A stretch of 64,000 nt of DNA from Octopus vulgaris (lineage: Eukaryota). The position numbers were made by a program, and so were the translations under genes. The notes under the pieces were generated by a model. The model made no database searches and was not told where the DNA came from. It worked only from the letters and a program-made list of their open reading frames with translations. The stretch spans positions 94,860,001-94,924,000 of the forward strand of contig OX597824.1 of assembly GCA_951406725.2 (NCBI GenBank), written 5' to 3'. Below, piece by piece: positions 50,984 to 64,000 of the stretch (positions are counted from its first letter, which is position 1; every line of letters starts with the position of its first letter).

Positions 50984-52329
50984 ATACACACATGCTCTCT
51001 CTCACACTTCTTTCTATATTATTCTGTCCTTATTTGTATGAACGAGGTTTTCATAAGCTAAATAAAGTACTCAAGACTTCAAGAAATCGAATATATTTGT
51101 TTATCAATGACTAGATTACAAAGTCACAACCCTGTTTCCTCCTTAGCGGTCTTCTTAACGTCTTAAGATTTAAGAAAACCATAGGATTTGAAACAGAATT
51201 TTAACTCTGAAATCTTGTCATTAATACATAAATATATTTCCATGTGTTTGTGTGTGTGTGTTTATATACAGTAATGTAAATGGTTCATACCACTTGTGAC
51301 ATGAATCAAGGCAGCTTGAGAGTAATGAAACCGATTTTACTCACAACAAAGTCAAATAACTTCGCTTGAACATGAAACTTGAGTTGCTGCATAATGAAAA
51401 CATTCTCGACTCTCAAATATATTGAGGGCTTTCAACTGCTGAAACTATTGACAAACAAATAGTATAATGTGTGTGTGTATATGTGTGTTTGTATATTTTT
51501 TTGACACATAAATTGTTTTAATCAAAAAAATAAATTTGTGTGTGTATGTACCCTGGCATAATAATATAATGTGTGTGTGTGTGTGTGTACTCTTTGTCTT
51601 CTTATTAGTTCATGCTGCTGATTTACATCCCCTATTGTGGATTTTTAGATGAATTATTTTATATAGCCACTGGCTTTTGTCTCAGACACATACATGGATA
51701 TAGGCAGGCGCACATACACACACACTTCACCTCACTCACATACAACTGGCTTTGGAAATGTTTTCCCCTACAAAATTCTGCTCAGAAGTTATTGGGTCAA
51801 TTTGCACAAATGCGTTGCCCAATCAGACTGAACCTGGTAACCTGAATTCACTCCATAAACATATTATCTACTTGGCATAGCTGCACCGAAAGATGTATGT
51901 ATATATGTGTGTGTATGTCATCTTTATCAACATCTTGTCTTTTATCCATGCTTACATCTCCTGGCTGGCGCTCCTCTTGCATTTCAGCACAATATTCTTG
52001 CAGTCCTTTACCATCTTTCTTGTGAAGTTCCGCATCCTTAGATCATCCTTCAGTATGCGTGTGTGTGTGTTTATGTATTTCCATATATATGTGTATGTGT
52101 GTTTGGGTTTGTATGTATTTATAGTTTTATTTCAAGACTCGCTAGCAACTTGCAAGATGTTCCATCCGGAGATGGTTTTGTTGTTCATCCGATGAAACAT
52201 TTTGGAAGATGTCAGCAAGGATTGAAATACAGATATTAACAAGTTTGCCATTAAATGTATTGAGTCCTTTTTTTTATGATTCAGAGACACCTTAGCCTCG
52301 TGACTAAGAACATTGGTATTGTATATTTG

Positions 52330-52500
52330 TGTGTGTGTGTGTGTGTACATATTACACCTATGTATGTGTATGTTTATGAATTTGTATATATTTGGATGGG
52401 CATTTATGTATGTGTGAGTGTGTGTGTATAAATATATAATATATATGTATGCATATATATATATGTGTGTGTATATATTTATATCTATATATGATATATA

Positions 52501-52557
<57 letters not shown>

Positions 52558-52911
52558 GTACATATATATATATATATATTATGTACATATATATATATAT
52601 ATATATGTACATATATATATATATATTATGTACATATATATATATATATAGTATGTACATATATATGTATGTATATATAGTATATACATATATATGCATG
52701 TATGTATATATATATGTATATATATATATGTATGTATATATAGTATATACATATATATGTATATATATATGTATGTATATATAGTATATACATATATATG
52801 TATATATATATATGTATATATAGTATATACATATATATGTATATATATATATATACATATATATGTATATATATATATATATATAGTATATATATATATA
52901 TATATATATAG

Positions 52912-52951
<40 letters not shown>

Positions 52952-53128
52952 TATAGTATATGCATATATATATATATATATATAGTATATGCATATATAT
53001 ATATATATATATATAGTATATATATATATATATATAGTATATATATATATATATATATAGTATATGCATATATATATATAGTATATACATATGTATGTAT
53101 ACATATATATATAGTATATTCATATATA

Positions 53129-53166
<38 letters not shown>

Positions 53167-53193
53167 GTATGTACATATATATGTATATATATA

Positions 53194-53227
<34 letters not shown>

Positions 53228-53260
53228 GTATATAATATATATACATATATATATATGCCT
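52330..53260. repeat. About 0.9-kb (TA)n-based compound microsatellite
   Basis: TA runs punctuated by gtac, agt and gcat. Confidence 0.97.
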
Positions 53261-53359
53261 GTGTGTTGTGTGTATGAAAAGTAAAAATACGACATAACAG
53301 AAAGTTAAAATATTATTTGCTCTAGTTGTAATATAATCTGTTAATCTTCATTAATCTAG

Positions 53360-53383
53360 CAGACAGGTTTGCCAGATGACTGA
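53360..53383 (+). CDS. Possible short terminal coding exon QTGLPDD*
   Basis: ttcattaatcTAG|CAG acceptor in frame with the phase-0 donor at 49368, followed by long repeat-poor AT-rich sequence; speculative. Confidence 0.25.
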   Translation, partial: QTGLPDD

Positions 53384-54025
53384 CCTAAAAGTTTATCTAT
53401 GATTTTCTTCTTTTTTTTTTTTCTGTCTTCGAATACTTTGATTTTAAATATTGAAGTTTTTGTTCTTCTACTACTACTACTACTACTACTCCATATAGCT
53501 GTAGATGTTCCGTTTCTTCTCCACATGTATGTTTTAATGATCACTTGTAAATATCTACTCACTGGTTATTGCCACTACCGAAACACGACCACCGAGTTGG
53601 TTGTGTGCCAAATTGGAATAAGGGGGTGCACTGTTATGGTTTTTTTTTTTTTTTTTTTGAAGTTTGAAGTTTTTTTTTTTTTTTGTTTTCATGTAATTTC
53701 CTTCTGTAAATCAGTTGCACTTATTACCATTTGATCACAAAAGATTAATAATAATAATAATAAAATATATATAAAAAAAACAATACAAAATATAATAAAC
53801 AAAAAATAAGAACTTGAAAAAAGTTGAGTTTGTGACTCTGTAATGTTTGGCTATTTTTGGTGTATTTCTTGGTTATTATATAGCACAAGTTATGTAAAGG
53901 ATGTTTATTTAAACAAAATGTAGCGTAAGGTCTGTTATTTAATAGTTCATTTAGTACTTAATTTAAGGGAATGTATGTATATATATATATGTGTGTGTCT
54001 GTACATACATGTGTATGTGTGTGCG

Positions 54026-54056
<31 letters not shown>

Positions 54057-54063
54057 GCATATG

Positions 54064-54296
54064 AAGGCGGCGAACTGGCAGAAACGTTAGCACGCCGGAC
54101 GAAATGCATAGCCGTATTTCGTCTGCCGTTACATTCTCAGTTCAAATCCCGCCGAGGTCGACTTTGCCTTTCATCCTTTTGGGGTTGATAAATTAAGTAC
54201 CAGTTGCGCACTGGGATCGACGTAATCAACTTAATCCGTTTGTCTGTCCTTGTTTGTCCCCTCTGTGTTTAGCCCCTTGTGGGTAGTAAAGAAATA
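54064..54296 (+). mobile_element. SINE family C variant with alternative 3' tail
   Basis: aaggcggcgaactggcagaaacgttagc...gcctttcatccttttggggttgataaa, tail aatccgtttgtctgtccttg...gtaaagaaata. Confidence 0.85.
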
Positions 54297-55519
54297 TATA
54301 TATATGTATGCATACATACATATATACACACACATGTATACATATGCACATATTTTATATATATGTATATATATATAAGGAGCGATTTTCTTTAAACCAA
54401 GTTCAGATACGTAATTTTTATTTAACTGCTCATTCTAATTCCATAAATTAGGGCATTTTATATCGACGTCTGTACATGTTCCACTTTTCCATTTTAAAAA
54501 TTAGCTCGTACAAGTATCTCCAAACTCAACATTTCAAGCTTTCATCGCATTTCCCCTTGGGTTTAAAACATGCGTAGTTGTGATAATTGATATAAAAGTT
54601 ATGGTTAGATTTCTGGAACAGTAAAAATAGTTGAGGTTGTGTTCGAATTTCTTGCAGTATCCTAAAGAAGAACCAAGAAATTCAGTCCTATTATGTTGAT
54701 GGTATGAGATTGTTCATACAGCTAGTTTTATCTAGCTTAAAGATTATTGTTTCAAAAATATTTTTACCATAACTTAACAAAATCCCTCTGTCATGTTCCA
54801 AAATAAGAGTACTTTATTCTTCAAATTATTTTGAAGGAAACAAAAAGAAAAAAAAATTTTTTAAATGAAAGTTGAATATTCAAAGAAAAATTTAATCTCT
54901 TTTTCATAAAGCTGTGAAAAGAATTTATCAATTGTTGAAATTTAAGGCTGTGTCTTATATTTGCAGTTTCTGAAGTTATAGATATTTATTATTCCACATT
55001 GGTTGCTTTGTTCAAGTATTTTCATATTTCCATTCTAACCTCACCTGTCCACAAATCACACTTAAGCACACGTAGATATTTAATGATATCTTATTTTAAA
55101 TTTCTAGAGTTCATACTTATTTAAAATCACATTGCATTTAATTTCTACGTTATTAATATCTTTGGTTCCAACATACAGGATTTTAATTATGAGCTTTGTA
55201 ATTTTCGAAGAAAAGCAAGAACAAGCTTTCTTTTACAAAAACACCAAATCTATCGAAAGATAAAAACAAAACTTAAATACAGAATTAGATTCTTTTGCTC
55301 CATAATTTAAATTTCTTTCTCTTATATTAAACAGATCTATCTTCATATCTATTTATCTGTTTATAATTTAGTGCAAGGTTGACATGAAATGTTGCGTTTT
55401 AATTTGCATTGTAGCTAATGTTGGCAGTTACTTTGTAGAGATTACTTCTTCATTTTCAATTGGTTCAAAAGAATAACCTGGATGCCATATTTCTCATGTT
55501 CTATATTTTGATTTAGTCT

Positions 55520-55738
55520 TTAACCCTTTAGTATTCCGTCAAATGAAATGCTTATTTATTCATATTGTTTTTGAATTAATCATGCATTATCTCGTAGCTC
55601 TGAGATTTCAATGATGTGATTGTATACTTTTATAATGATATTGTAGGATAGGTGTGAGAGGCCCGATCTAGCTGGTTTGAACACAAAACAGGTAGAATAT
55701 TTGGGTTGGATATGTCTAGTTTAATTACTAAAAGTTAA
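55520..55738 (+). mobile_element. MITE family E
   Basis: ttaaccctttagta...tactaaaagttaa. Confidence 0.75.
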
Positions 55739-56384
55739 GGAATCTGCTATCAATGAAAATTAATTCCAGACATTTTCTCATTCAGTTCTTTACCTTAAAA
55801 TTACCGTTTATAAATTTAAAATTTCAGTTACAGGTCATTAAACATAATTTATTAGAAATGCTTAAATTACATATTATTTATTTTACTATAATTATCTAAA
55901 CCAGAAATAAGCAGATATAGCATAGTTATAAAGCTGTTTGATAATTTCATATTTAATTTAGTATTTTTCACTTATCATCGAATACTCTAGGAGAATATTA
56001 ATTTCCATAGGGTAAGATTGTCTTTTTAAACAAGGCACTTCATTGAAATAATTATAGACGTAGACGACTTTCTTGTGAATGTGTTATCAACAATGTTTTG
56101 ATTCTGTACCTGATCTGAAATTGTTCTACATTGAATATAGACTAATTCTGTCAACTTTTGTATTTTCTTGGTGTCTTATTTACTAATTACAATTAACTTT
56201 TCTAATTTCACTTTATATTTTGCAGAAGTGGGTTTTTTTCTTCTTTTCTTTTTTTTCAAAATTCAGATACAATGTAATTAGTTTTTTTGAATCATCATTT
56301 AAATAACATTAAAAGGGACGTTGATGATAGTGATGATGATGGTGATAATAATATTAACAACGATTTAAACATTGATTCAATTAT

Positions 56385-56600
56385 CATCACCATCATCACC
56401 ACTCAACGTCCAGTTTCCGTGCTGGCATGGGTTGGACGGTTTGACAAGATCCAGCAAGCTGCAGGGCTGCGCCAAGCCCCAGTGCCAATTTTGGCATGTT
56501 CTCTACAGCTGGGTGCCCTTCCTTATGCCAACCATCATTACAGTGTGCACTGGGTGCTTTTTGCATGCCATCAACGCATGTGAGGGTCACCAAGTAAGCT
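56385..56600 (-). mobile_element. Diverged family B fragment
   Basis: gctggcatgggttggacggtttgac...ctacagctgggtgcccttcc. Confidence 0.7.
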
Positions 56601-57860
56601 GCAACACTTTAAAAAAAAGAACTGAAAAGGGGGAACAAAAACAAAAACAACAAATATCTGAATTTCAAGAAAAGCCTCATTTCTGTAACTTGCAAGTTGA
56701 ATGTTATTTTCCTTTTATGGTAATAAATAGATTTAATGGTAACTTGGAACCAGATAGGTATTCCTTGAAACTCTTATTTCAGTCCTCAGTAATTTCATTG
56801 AAATGTTTCGTTTAAAATTGTTAATGAAGCAATTACATTAGAAGTACTAACTGAATATTGTTTGGCAATTAATTATCGTTATTTAAACTGATCTAAATTG
56901 ATATATATCTGCTTATTGATTTTTAAAAAAATTCTTTTATATGTCTACCAGACAAAGCTTAATCTAGCTGTTGCCTATGTTTTTGTACTTCATTTGCATT
57001 TGTGTTGAGTGTATGTACGAGGTTTCTTTGATTTAAAATTCTACATATTTTAGATTTTATTCTTGTGTTGTGTAACTGATTGCCTCCAGTTTATGTTGTT
57101 GAGATGTAAGCTTTGAATTTATTTTCTTTTATAAATTTGCCAACAAGAAATTATCAATTTACTGACGGTGTCCAATATTTTGGCTCATTAGATATTCAAA
57201 CAGAATGTGTTATTTTATTTTGATATTTTGATATATTAAACCAAATCATTTTTAAGTGTTCGATCATTAATTAATTACTAATTCTATGAATATATTATTA
57301 TTATTATTATTATTTTCATCATAGTTGTTTCCTTCAATCTGGTCTGTTGTTCTCTGAAATTATGTGTTAATTAAGAAATAATAGTCTGTATTTGATTGAT
57401 AATTTAAAAAAAAAAAAAGAAAAAAATTAATTTAGCCGGTTATATTCTGAGAATATGATGAATGCTTCAGTAAGATTGAGTAAACATTTATGAATGGCAT
57501 CAGGAATCACACATTGGTTTTGTTTGTGCTTAATTGTTGTTTAGAATTTTTCAATTATTATAATTCTGATACTGTTTTGGACATTACTTTGAAATCAATA
57601 TTCAGTTTTATTTCTTACTGATGTGCTAATCAACACCACCACACCACTGTTACATTCATTACATCATATCATTTTGCTTCACATCTGTTTTTACCTTTCT
57701 AATTTGGCTTACGTCGTCTTGCTATTAATTTAAAACAATGTCCAAAAGAAGAAAAAAAAAAGAAAAGAAAAAATTCTTTTTCTCTGATGGTGTTCCAAAA
57801 TAATTTAAGATTCTAAAAAAACTTTCTATTCTTCATGTGTGTGTGTGTATGTTTACATAC

Positions 57861-57895
<35 letters not shown>

Positions 57896-59543
57896 TACAT
57901 ATACATGCATACGTATGTGTGTGTCTGCTGGAATCTGAAGTTTTAGTCTCTGTTATTACTCAGTTTTGCAACTGTCACAAATCACATAATTGATCTATGT
58001 CATGTGACACACGATGTTTAAATCAAAGTATTTATGAATGGACAAGTCATTGGATAAAAAAATGTGTCAGTTGAAAAATCTCATAAAAATAATACAAAAT
58101 GGTGTGTGTTTGTATGTATGTATGTATCTATCTCTCTTTCTATGTATATATATGTGTGTGTGTCTATATATCTATATCAAGGTGGTGCTCCAGCATGGCC
58201 GCAAGAATATATACATGTATATATTAAGACTGGCCACTCATAAATATTTTATATTGTAAACATTGTATCTCATACGTCTTAGATCAGTTACATGATCAGC
58301 AGCATTCATGAAACTCTTGAGTAATAAGAGAGAGTAATTGTAACGCTACATTAAATATTTACACTCTACTTCTATATTGAGTACTTCTTATTTACACATT
58401 TGTGAACTGACGTGTTTGTATGTGTGTGCATGCATGTGTGTTTTATTGAAAACATGGTTGTGTTGTAGTATTAACTTTTTTTTTTTTTATCAAGTGTGTT
58501 TTTTTAATACTTTTGTATTAAGTTGCTTACAGTTTGTTTGGAACCGTAAAGTCCCGAAATCCATCCTTGTCTCTGGACCATCATGGTCTCACCTTCAGAA
58601 TGAAGTGATACTGGCATGTTTTGCTGCTAGAATTTGACTGTTTGACTTGTTAGTAGATTTATCTGTCATAAGTCAAGTGTTTCTAATTGTTTGTGATTAC
58701 TGTATATTATGTGTGTGTATTTTAGCATTGTGCTGTGCAGTGAGTTTTGCTTCCATCATGAATTGTTCTGTGAGGGATTTCATGTAGAATACATCTGTTG
58801 TTTACTAATATTTTTCTTACCTAGTTTCGTTTGCGTTGTGTGACGTAGTGCATTTAAATTGCTCCTTGTTGTTTACACTAGCCATAATCAACGATGAAGC
58901 CCTTACTGGTGATGTATAAACCTCAATGGTCAGAAATTCAGTTTCTGGTTTTTGTATCTGCAAAACAAATCTTATGGGTTCTGCCTACTGTAAAGTGGTA
59001 ACCATACCATGCCAACATCACTCCATCCTGAGGATGAGACTGTGAAGGTCTAGAAACGTTACTGGATCGGGGAGTCTTACTCTTCTAAGCAAATTGCAAG
59101 AAACTCTTGTGAGAATATGAAGGGAAAAAATGATGTAAAAGACAAAATCTAGGACACAATGTGTTTTCAATATGTGTTTAAAAGAAAGCTATTGCCCCTA
59201 TATATAAATGTGTATATGAATGTGTATGTGTATCAACTCATATATTTATATGCATATATATATATATTTACAAACACACATATACTTATGTACATAAGTG
59301 CATGTGTGTGTGTATGTTGTATAATTTAAGCCTCTCCCCACTCCCTCTCTTTCTCCCCCCCCTCTCTCTCTCTCTCTTTCTCTAGCTTAATTTCTTGCCA
59401 TTCTATTTTCTAAATTTGTATTATTCAACTTTATAGCCAGCACAAACACTTATTGACTTTAATTTTTCCAAAAATAAAAAAGAAAAAAATGTTTTTTAAT
59501 AAGTCATCAAATTCTTAGCAACCTTTTGTTTCTTCTCTCAAAT

Positions 59544-59580
<37 letters not shown>

Positions 59581-61109
59581 CACAATATAATTAAAAGAAA
59601 CATTAATGATGTACCCTGTTGAGTATATTATATTCTTATGGCTTGGCTACTTGTCTTGTGCCTGCCAAGTTGCTTAAAGATTTCTTTTTTTTTTTTCATT
59701 AGTAACATGGATCTATTTAAGCTGTATTTGATTCATAGATTTATTCTCACATATTTCTAAATATTTTTAGCTGAAACAGAGTTGATTAAATTTTTTGTTG
59801 TCTATGTGCTTAATTTTGAATTGTGACACATATGTACTTATTACAAGATCTCGCTAATCTTTACTAGCTGTAAATCCTCATTTTAATAATGCTACATAAC
59901 TCCTATTGCTCTCAAAGAAAGAAAGAGAGGAAGCATTCTCAATGTGTGACTAACTTTGAAATCAATGTGTGTGAAGTTTGATCTCTGTTGATGTTTCTAT
60001 TGACTTCGGGCATGTAAATCTAGCCATTTTGACTTAATTAAAATAGTTTCTATTGCATGGATTGCTTTGATCTGTTTCTGTCATTGCATCGGCATTAAAA
60101 AAAAAAGAAAGAAAAAATACCACTTAGCCATACGGTCTTTCAAAAAGGGAATAGAACATCTATAAGAAATAGTTTCTATTCTGTTTGGCTGAAAACACAT
60201 CCAAAAGACAACAACTACACCAACAAGTACCAGAAAGTCAAGCCCTCAAAAAAATAATATTCTAAGTGTATAATAACTTTTAATAACATATCCTCATGCA
60301 GGGGTCAAGCTTTGCCCAGGTTTGTTGAAATTTTTCCTTTTTTTTTTTTTTCCTATTTCTTTTGGGGTTGTGTAATCTTGGCTTCATATTAAAATACCAA
60401 AAAAACAAAAAGAAAAACAAGTATAAATATATATATGCTAAGTTCTTTTTTTTAAAAATAAGAAATTTGACAATCAAACAATGGAAGATTTTTGTTGGAA
60501 CTCTTGTAAGAAAATTGACATAAAAGAGTATTCAAAAAAAGAATTTATTATTTTCCGTTCCTCTTCTATTCATTAACAATATTCTAAATGCAAGTATGGA
60601 CTTTCCAAAACTACTACAGGATCAACCAGTTCCATGCGGAAGCGGTTTTGCACTCTTTCTTTAAATCGTCAAAAATACAAAGAATCTATTTTATATTTTA
60701 GTGTTACTACATATATTTCTATGGCTTCTGGTCTTTTTTGTCTTTTTCTTTCTTTCCTTTCTTTCTTTGGTTTTTTTTTTTTAAAAAAAACATAATTTTT
60801 CACTTTGCTTGTCTTTTCTGGTACTGATTTGTTCTGGTTTTGTTGGTGTCTGTATACAAAGTCTTAAATTGTTGCTTGGCTCAGGACATGCATATACATA
60901 TATACATACATTCATACATACACACACATACATAGATACATATATACATGCATATATACACATATATGTATGTATGTATTTATATATGTATATATAATTT
61001 TCAGTCATTAGCCAAAGAAAATGACAAAGCTTTTAAAAAAAAAATATTAAAAAGGAAAAAAAAAACATGTAGGAAAGAGAAAAGATGGTTGCATTGCTTC
61101 TATATACAC

Positions 61110-61115
61110 ACAAAT

Positions 61116-61146
<31 letters not shown>

Positions 61147-61159
61147 ATATAAATATATA

Positions 61160-61233
<74 letters not shown>

Positions 61234-61360
61234 TATATATATATAATATATATATGATATATGATATATAATATATATATGATATATGATATATAATATA
61301 TATATGATATATAATATATATATATATATGATATATAATATATATATATAATATATATGC
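61110..61360. repeat. (TA)n microsatellite
   Basis: Direct inspection. Confidence 0.95.
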
Positions 61361-62179
61361 ACACATACATACACAGTCTGGATAAAAATTACAATGGATG
61401 ACCTGATGTAAAAGCTTCCTTGCTGTATCCATTATGTGCATCCTACATTGTGGGTTGAAACGCTGACAGTTGCCAGACTTAACTTTGAAGGAAGGAAGCC
61501 ATCTCTTATTTGTTTGGGCTCATCACTACAGTTTTCTGTTTTAATTTAAACATTTTTTTATTATTATTATTATCATATCAGTATATCAAAAAAAAAAAAA
61601 GCCTGTGTTGGATATTCCATTAGAGAGAACACTTTAAAAAAAAAATTAAAAAATAACAAAAACAAAACAACTTGACTTCTCATCAACAACCTTCTTATAC
61701 AAAAAAAAAAAACGAAAGAGAGAGTGAGAGAGTGAAAACATACAAAATGAAAAAAAAAATTTACAAAAACAAAAAAAATTACAACAAAAAACAAAAGTTC
61801 TAGCAATCAGTCACTCTGACCGTTTTAGAAAGATAATCAGGCCAAATTCGTTCTATACTTTACCCACAGTAATGCTGTAAGTATATTTTTTACTAAATTT
61901 ACTTCAGTTCATATTTTATTGATATAACAAAATTATAAGGAATCTGACATTTTCCTGTTTATTATTTTTTTTTTTTTTAATTAATTGCAAATATCATTAT
62001 ATCAGTTCAATTTTTCTTACCATAGTACGTGTTTTTTTTTTTTCCTTTTGTATTAAGAGTTTGAAAAAAAAATCTGTAAATCATTACAGCTGTATGCTTA
62101 TTAATGTAGTAGCTATATTTTCCAAGTCAACCTAGTATTTTGTCAGTCAATTTGTACAGCCTAAACTGGGAAACTTTGG

Positions 62180-62218
<39 letters not shown>

Positions 62219-62419
62219 CATCTTACAGCATCATGATCTTTTGCTCTTGATATTCCCCCCAAATAATCTATAAATTTAATTCTTGAAAATCATGTGGAAT
62301 AATGTTCTAGCTGTTGGATTAAGTAAATAAGAAATTCAATACTAACTTTAGAATTTTTTATTTAAGCGACATAAATGAAAAACTAGCTCTGTCTTGATAT
62401 AATAGTATTTTACAAACGT

Positions 62420-62480
<61 letters not shown>

Positions 62481-62629
62481 ATATTAGGGAGTAAATCCAA
62501 ACTTACAGGGAAAAATTAGATTTAGGATTAAATCTAATTTTATAGTATAAATATATATATTAAATTTTTCTATGTATTGGTTTATGATTTTCACTGTTTG
62601 ATTTGCCTAATATGGTTTTATCTCTAATT

Positions 62630-62663
<34 letters not shown>

Positions 62664-62684
62664 ATATATATGTATGTATGTATG

Positions 62685-62715
<31 letters not shown>

Positions 62716-62810
62716 ATATATATGTATGTATGTATATATATATGTATGTATGTATATATATATATGTATGTATGTATATATATATGTATGTATGTATATA
62801 TATATATATG

Positions 62811-62856
<46 letters not shown>

Positions 62857-62908
62857 CATATATATATGTGTGCATATATATATCAATATATATGCACACA
62901 TATATATG

Positions 62909-62945
<37 letters not shown>
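62630..62945. repeat. (TA)n/(TATG)n microsatellite
   Basis: Direct inspection. Confidence 0.95.
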
Positions 62946-62950
<5 letters not shown>

Positions 62951-64000
62951 ATTCTTGAACAAGACTATTATAGCTTTTGATGATGGCTTAACTGGTTGAA
63001 GCTTCGAAGTCACTGTCAGTAAAGTTCTTAATTCAGAATAATAGGTTAGTACTCTACTAAAGTAACCCATCAGGTTAATGTAAAATTGTTTCCATTATAA
63101 CTAAACATAAAAACATACATATATATATATTATATATATAATATATATATTTATATATTCATATATATTATATATATCTGAATGATTATAATATGTTTTA
63201 AAATCTCAGTATGAATTTATAAATCTCTAAAGCTATTTTTTATATATGTATATATATATACGGCTATTAAATTTGTGATCTTCAATTTCATAAACCTAAA
63301 ATTTTGTATTGCATTTAAAACGATATTGCTAGCTTTCTCAGCTCCCTTTTTAAAGTTTCAAGTAAAAGGTGTCTTTAATTATTTATCCCACACCTTATGT
63401 GGTGCTTTGGAAGTGATTAGGTTTTTCTTATAAATGTTAGTCATTTCTAGTTCATTTCAAGATTGAATTTATATTATAGACTTGTTCTGTTTAACCTCTG
63501 TACACACACACATACTTACACACACACACACTTACACACACACACTCTCTTAACACCCATGCATACACACGATTGTATTGTTCTTAAGTAAATCTCCTTT
63601 AACCATTACAGTATTGAGGTCAGATATATTAACATTACTTCGTTAGGTTTTTGTCATCAGATTGTAAACAACTCTTTGATTACTCTTGAAATTTGTGAGC
63701 GTTGAGGGTGCTTGTGTTCTATAAAAGTACAAAATTAAAAATGCTTGTTTTTTTAATTAATTTCTTAAATCAATAGAGTGGGGTTTTTTTTCATTATCTC
63801 TGTTGTTTGGAACTAAAGCCAACAACATCAGGTCAAGTCTTCCACAAAGTGCCAACTAACCTCTGCTTTTCTTCCTCATATACTACTCTCTTTATTTATA
63901 AGCTGCAACATTTCTTTGTAGACTAATATTACTGCTGCTAATGTTGCTGCCTGTAACCATTGGTGATATTCTATTTAGTTCTCTCTAACAATGTTTATAT

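Noticed and set aside
52132-53295. Long Y/I-rich ORFs (also at 49.6, 61.0 and 62.6 kb)
   Set aside because: Translations of (TA)n microsatellites
55991-56011. 21-nt micro-exon (AG...GTAAGA)
   Set aside because: Weak polypyrimidine tract and no supporting homology; expected by chance

Overview
AT-rich, intron-dominated eukaryotic DNA. The repeat content (tRNA-headed SINEs, RTE/Dong/CR1 LINE ends, TTAA MITEs, very long TA/TG microsatellites) suggests an octopus or other coleoid cephalopod; this is inferred, not confirmed. One + strand gene can be reconstructed from six GT-AG exons (29452-29582, 32068-32177, 39940-40042, 43660-43797, 47144-47274, 49152-49368/49374). Their phases join into one open frame of about 278 aa: an acidic DSDKDPAWTP segment, an RG-rich basic patch, a globular FPVWKIE..LQKYE..YRTW domain that recalls invertebrate QSER1/PRR12-like (DUF4211-family) proteins, and an acidic tail. 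The 5' exons were not found. The rest is transposon relics, a 58-bp minisatellite and microsatellites, and almost all supplied ORFs are repeat artefacts. The most notable non-coding signal is two long fold-back elements (21226-21602 and 38721-39150) carrying hammerhead-ribozyme cores (CUGANGA-stem II-GAAA). The second also has a tRNA-derived head and a 13-bp target-site duplication, suggesting a Pol III SINE with a Penelope-type self-cleaving tail inserted as an inverted dimer. All family assignments come from motif recognition without database searches, and repeat boundaries are approximate.
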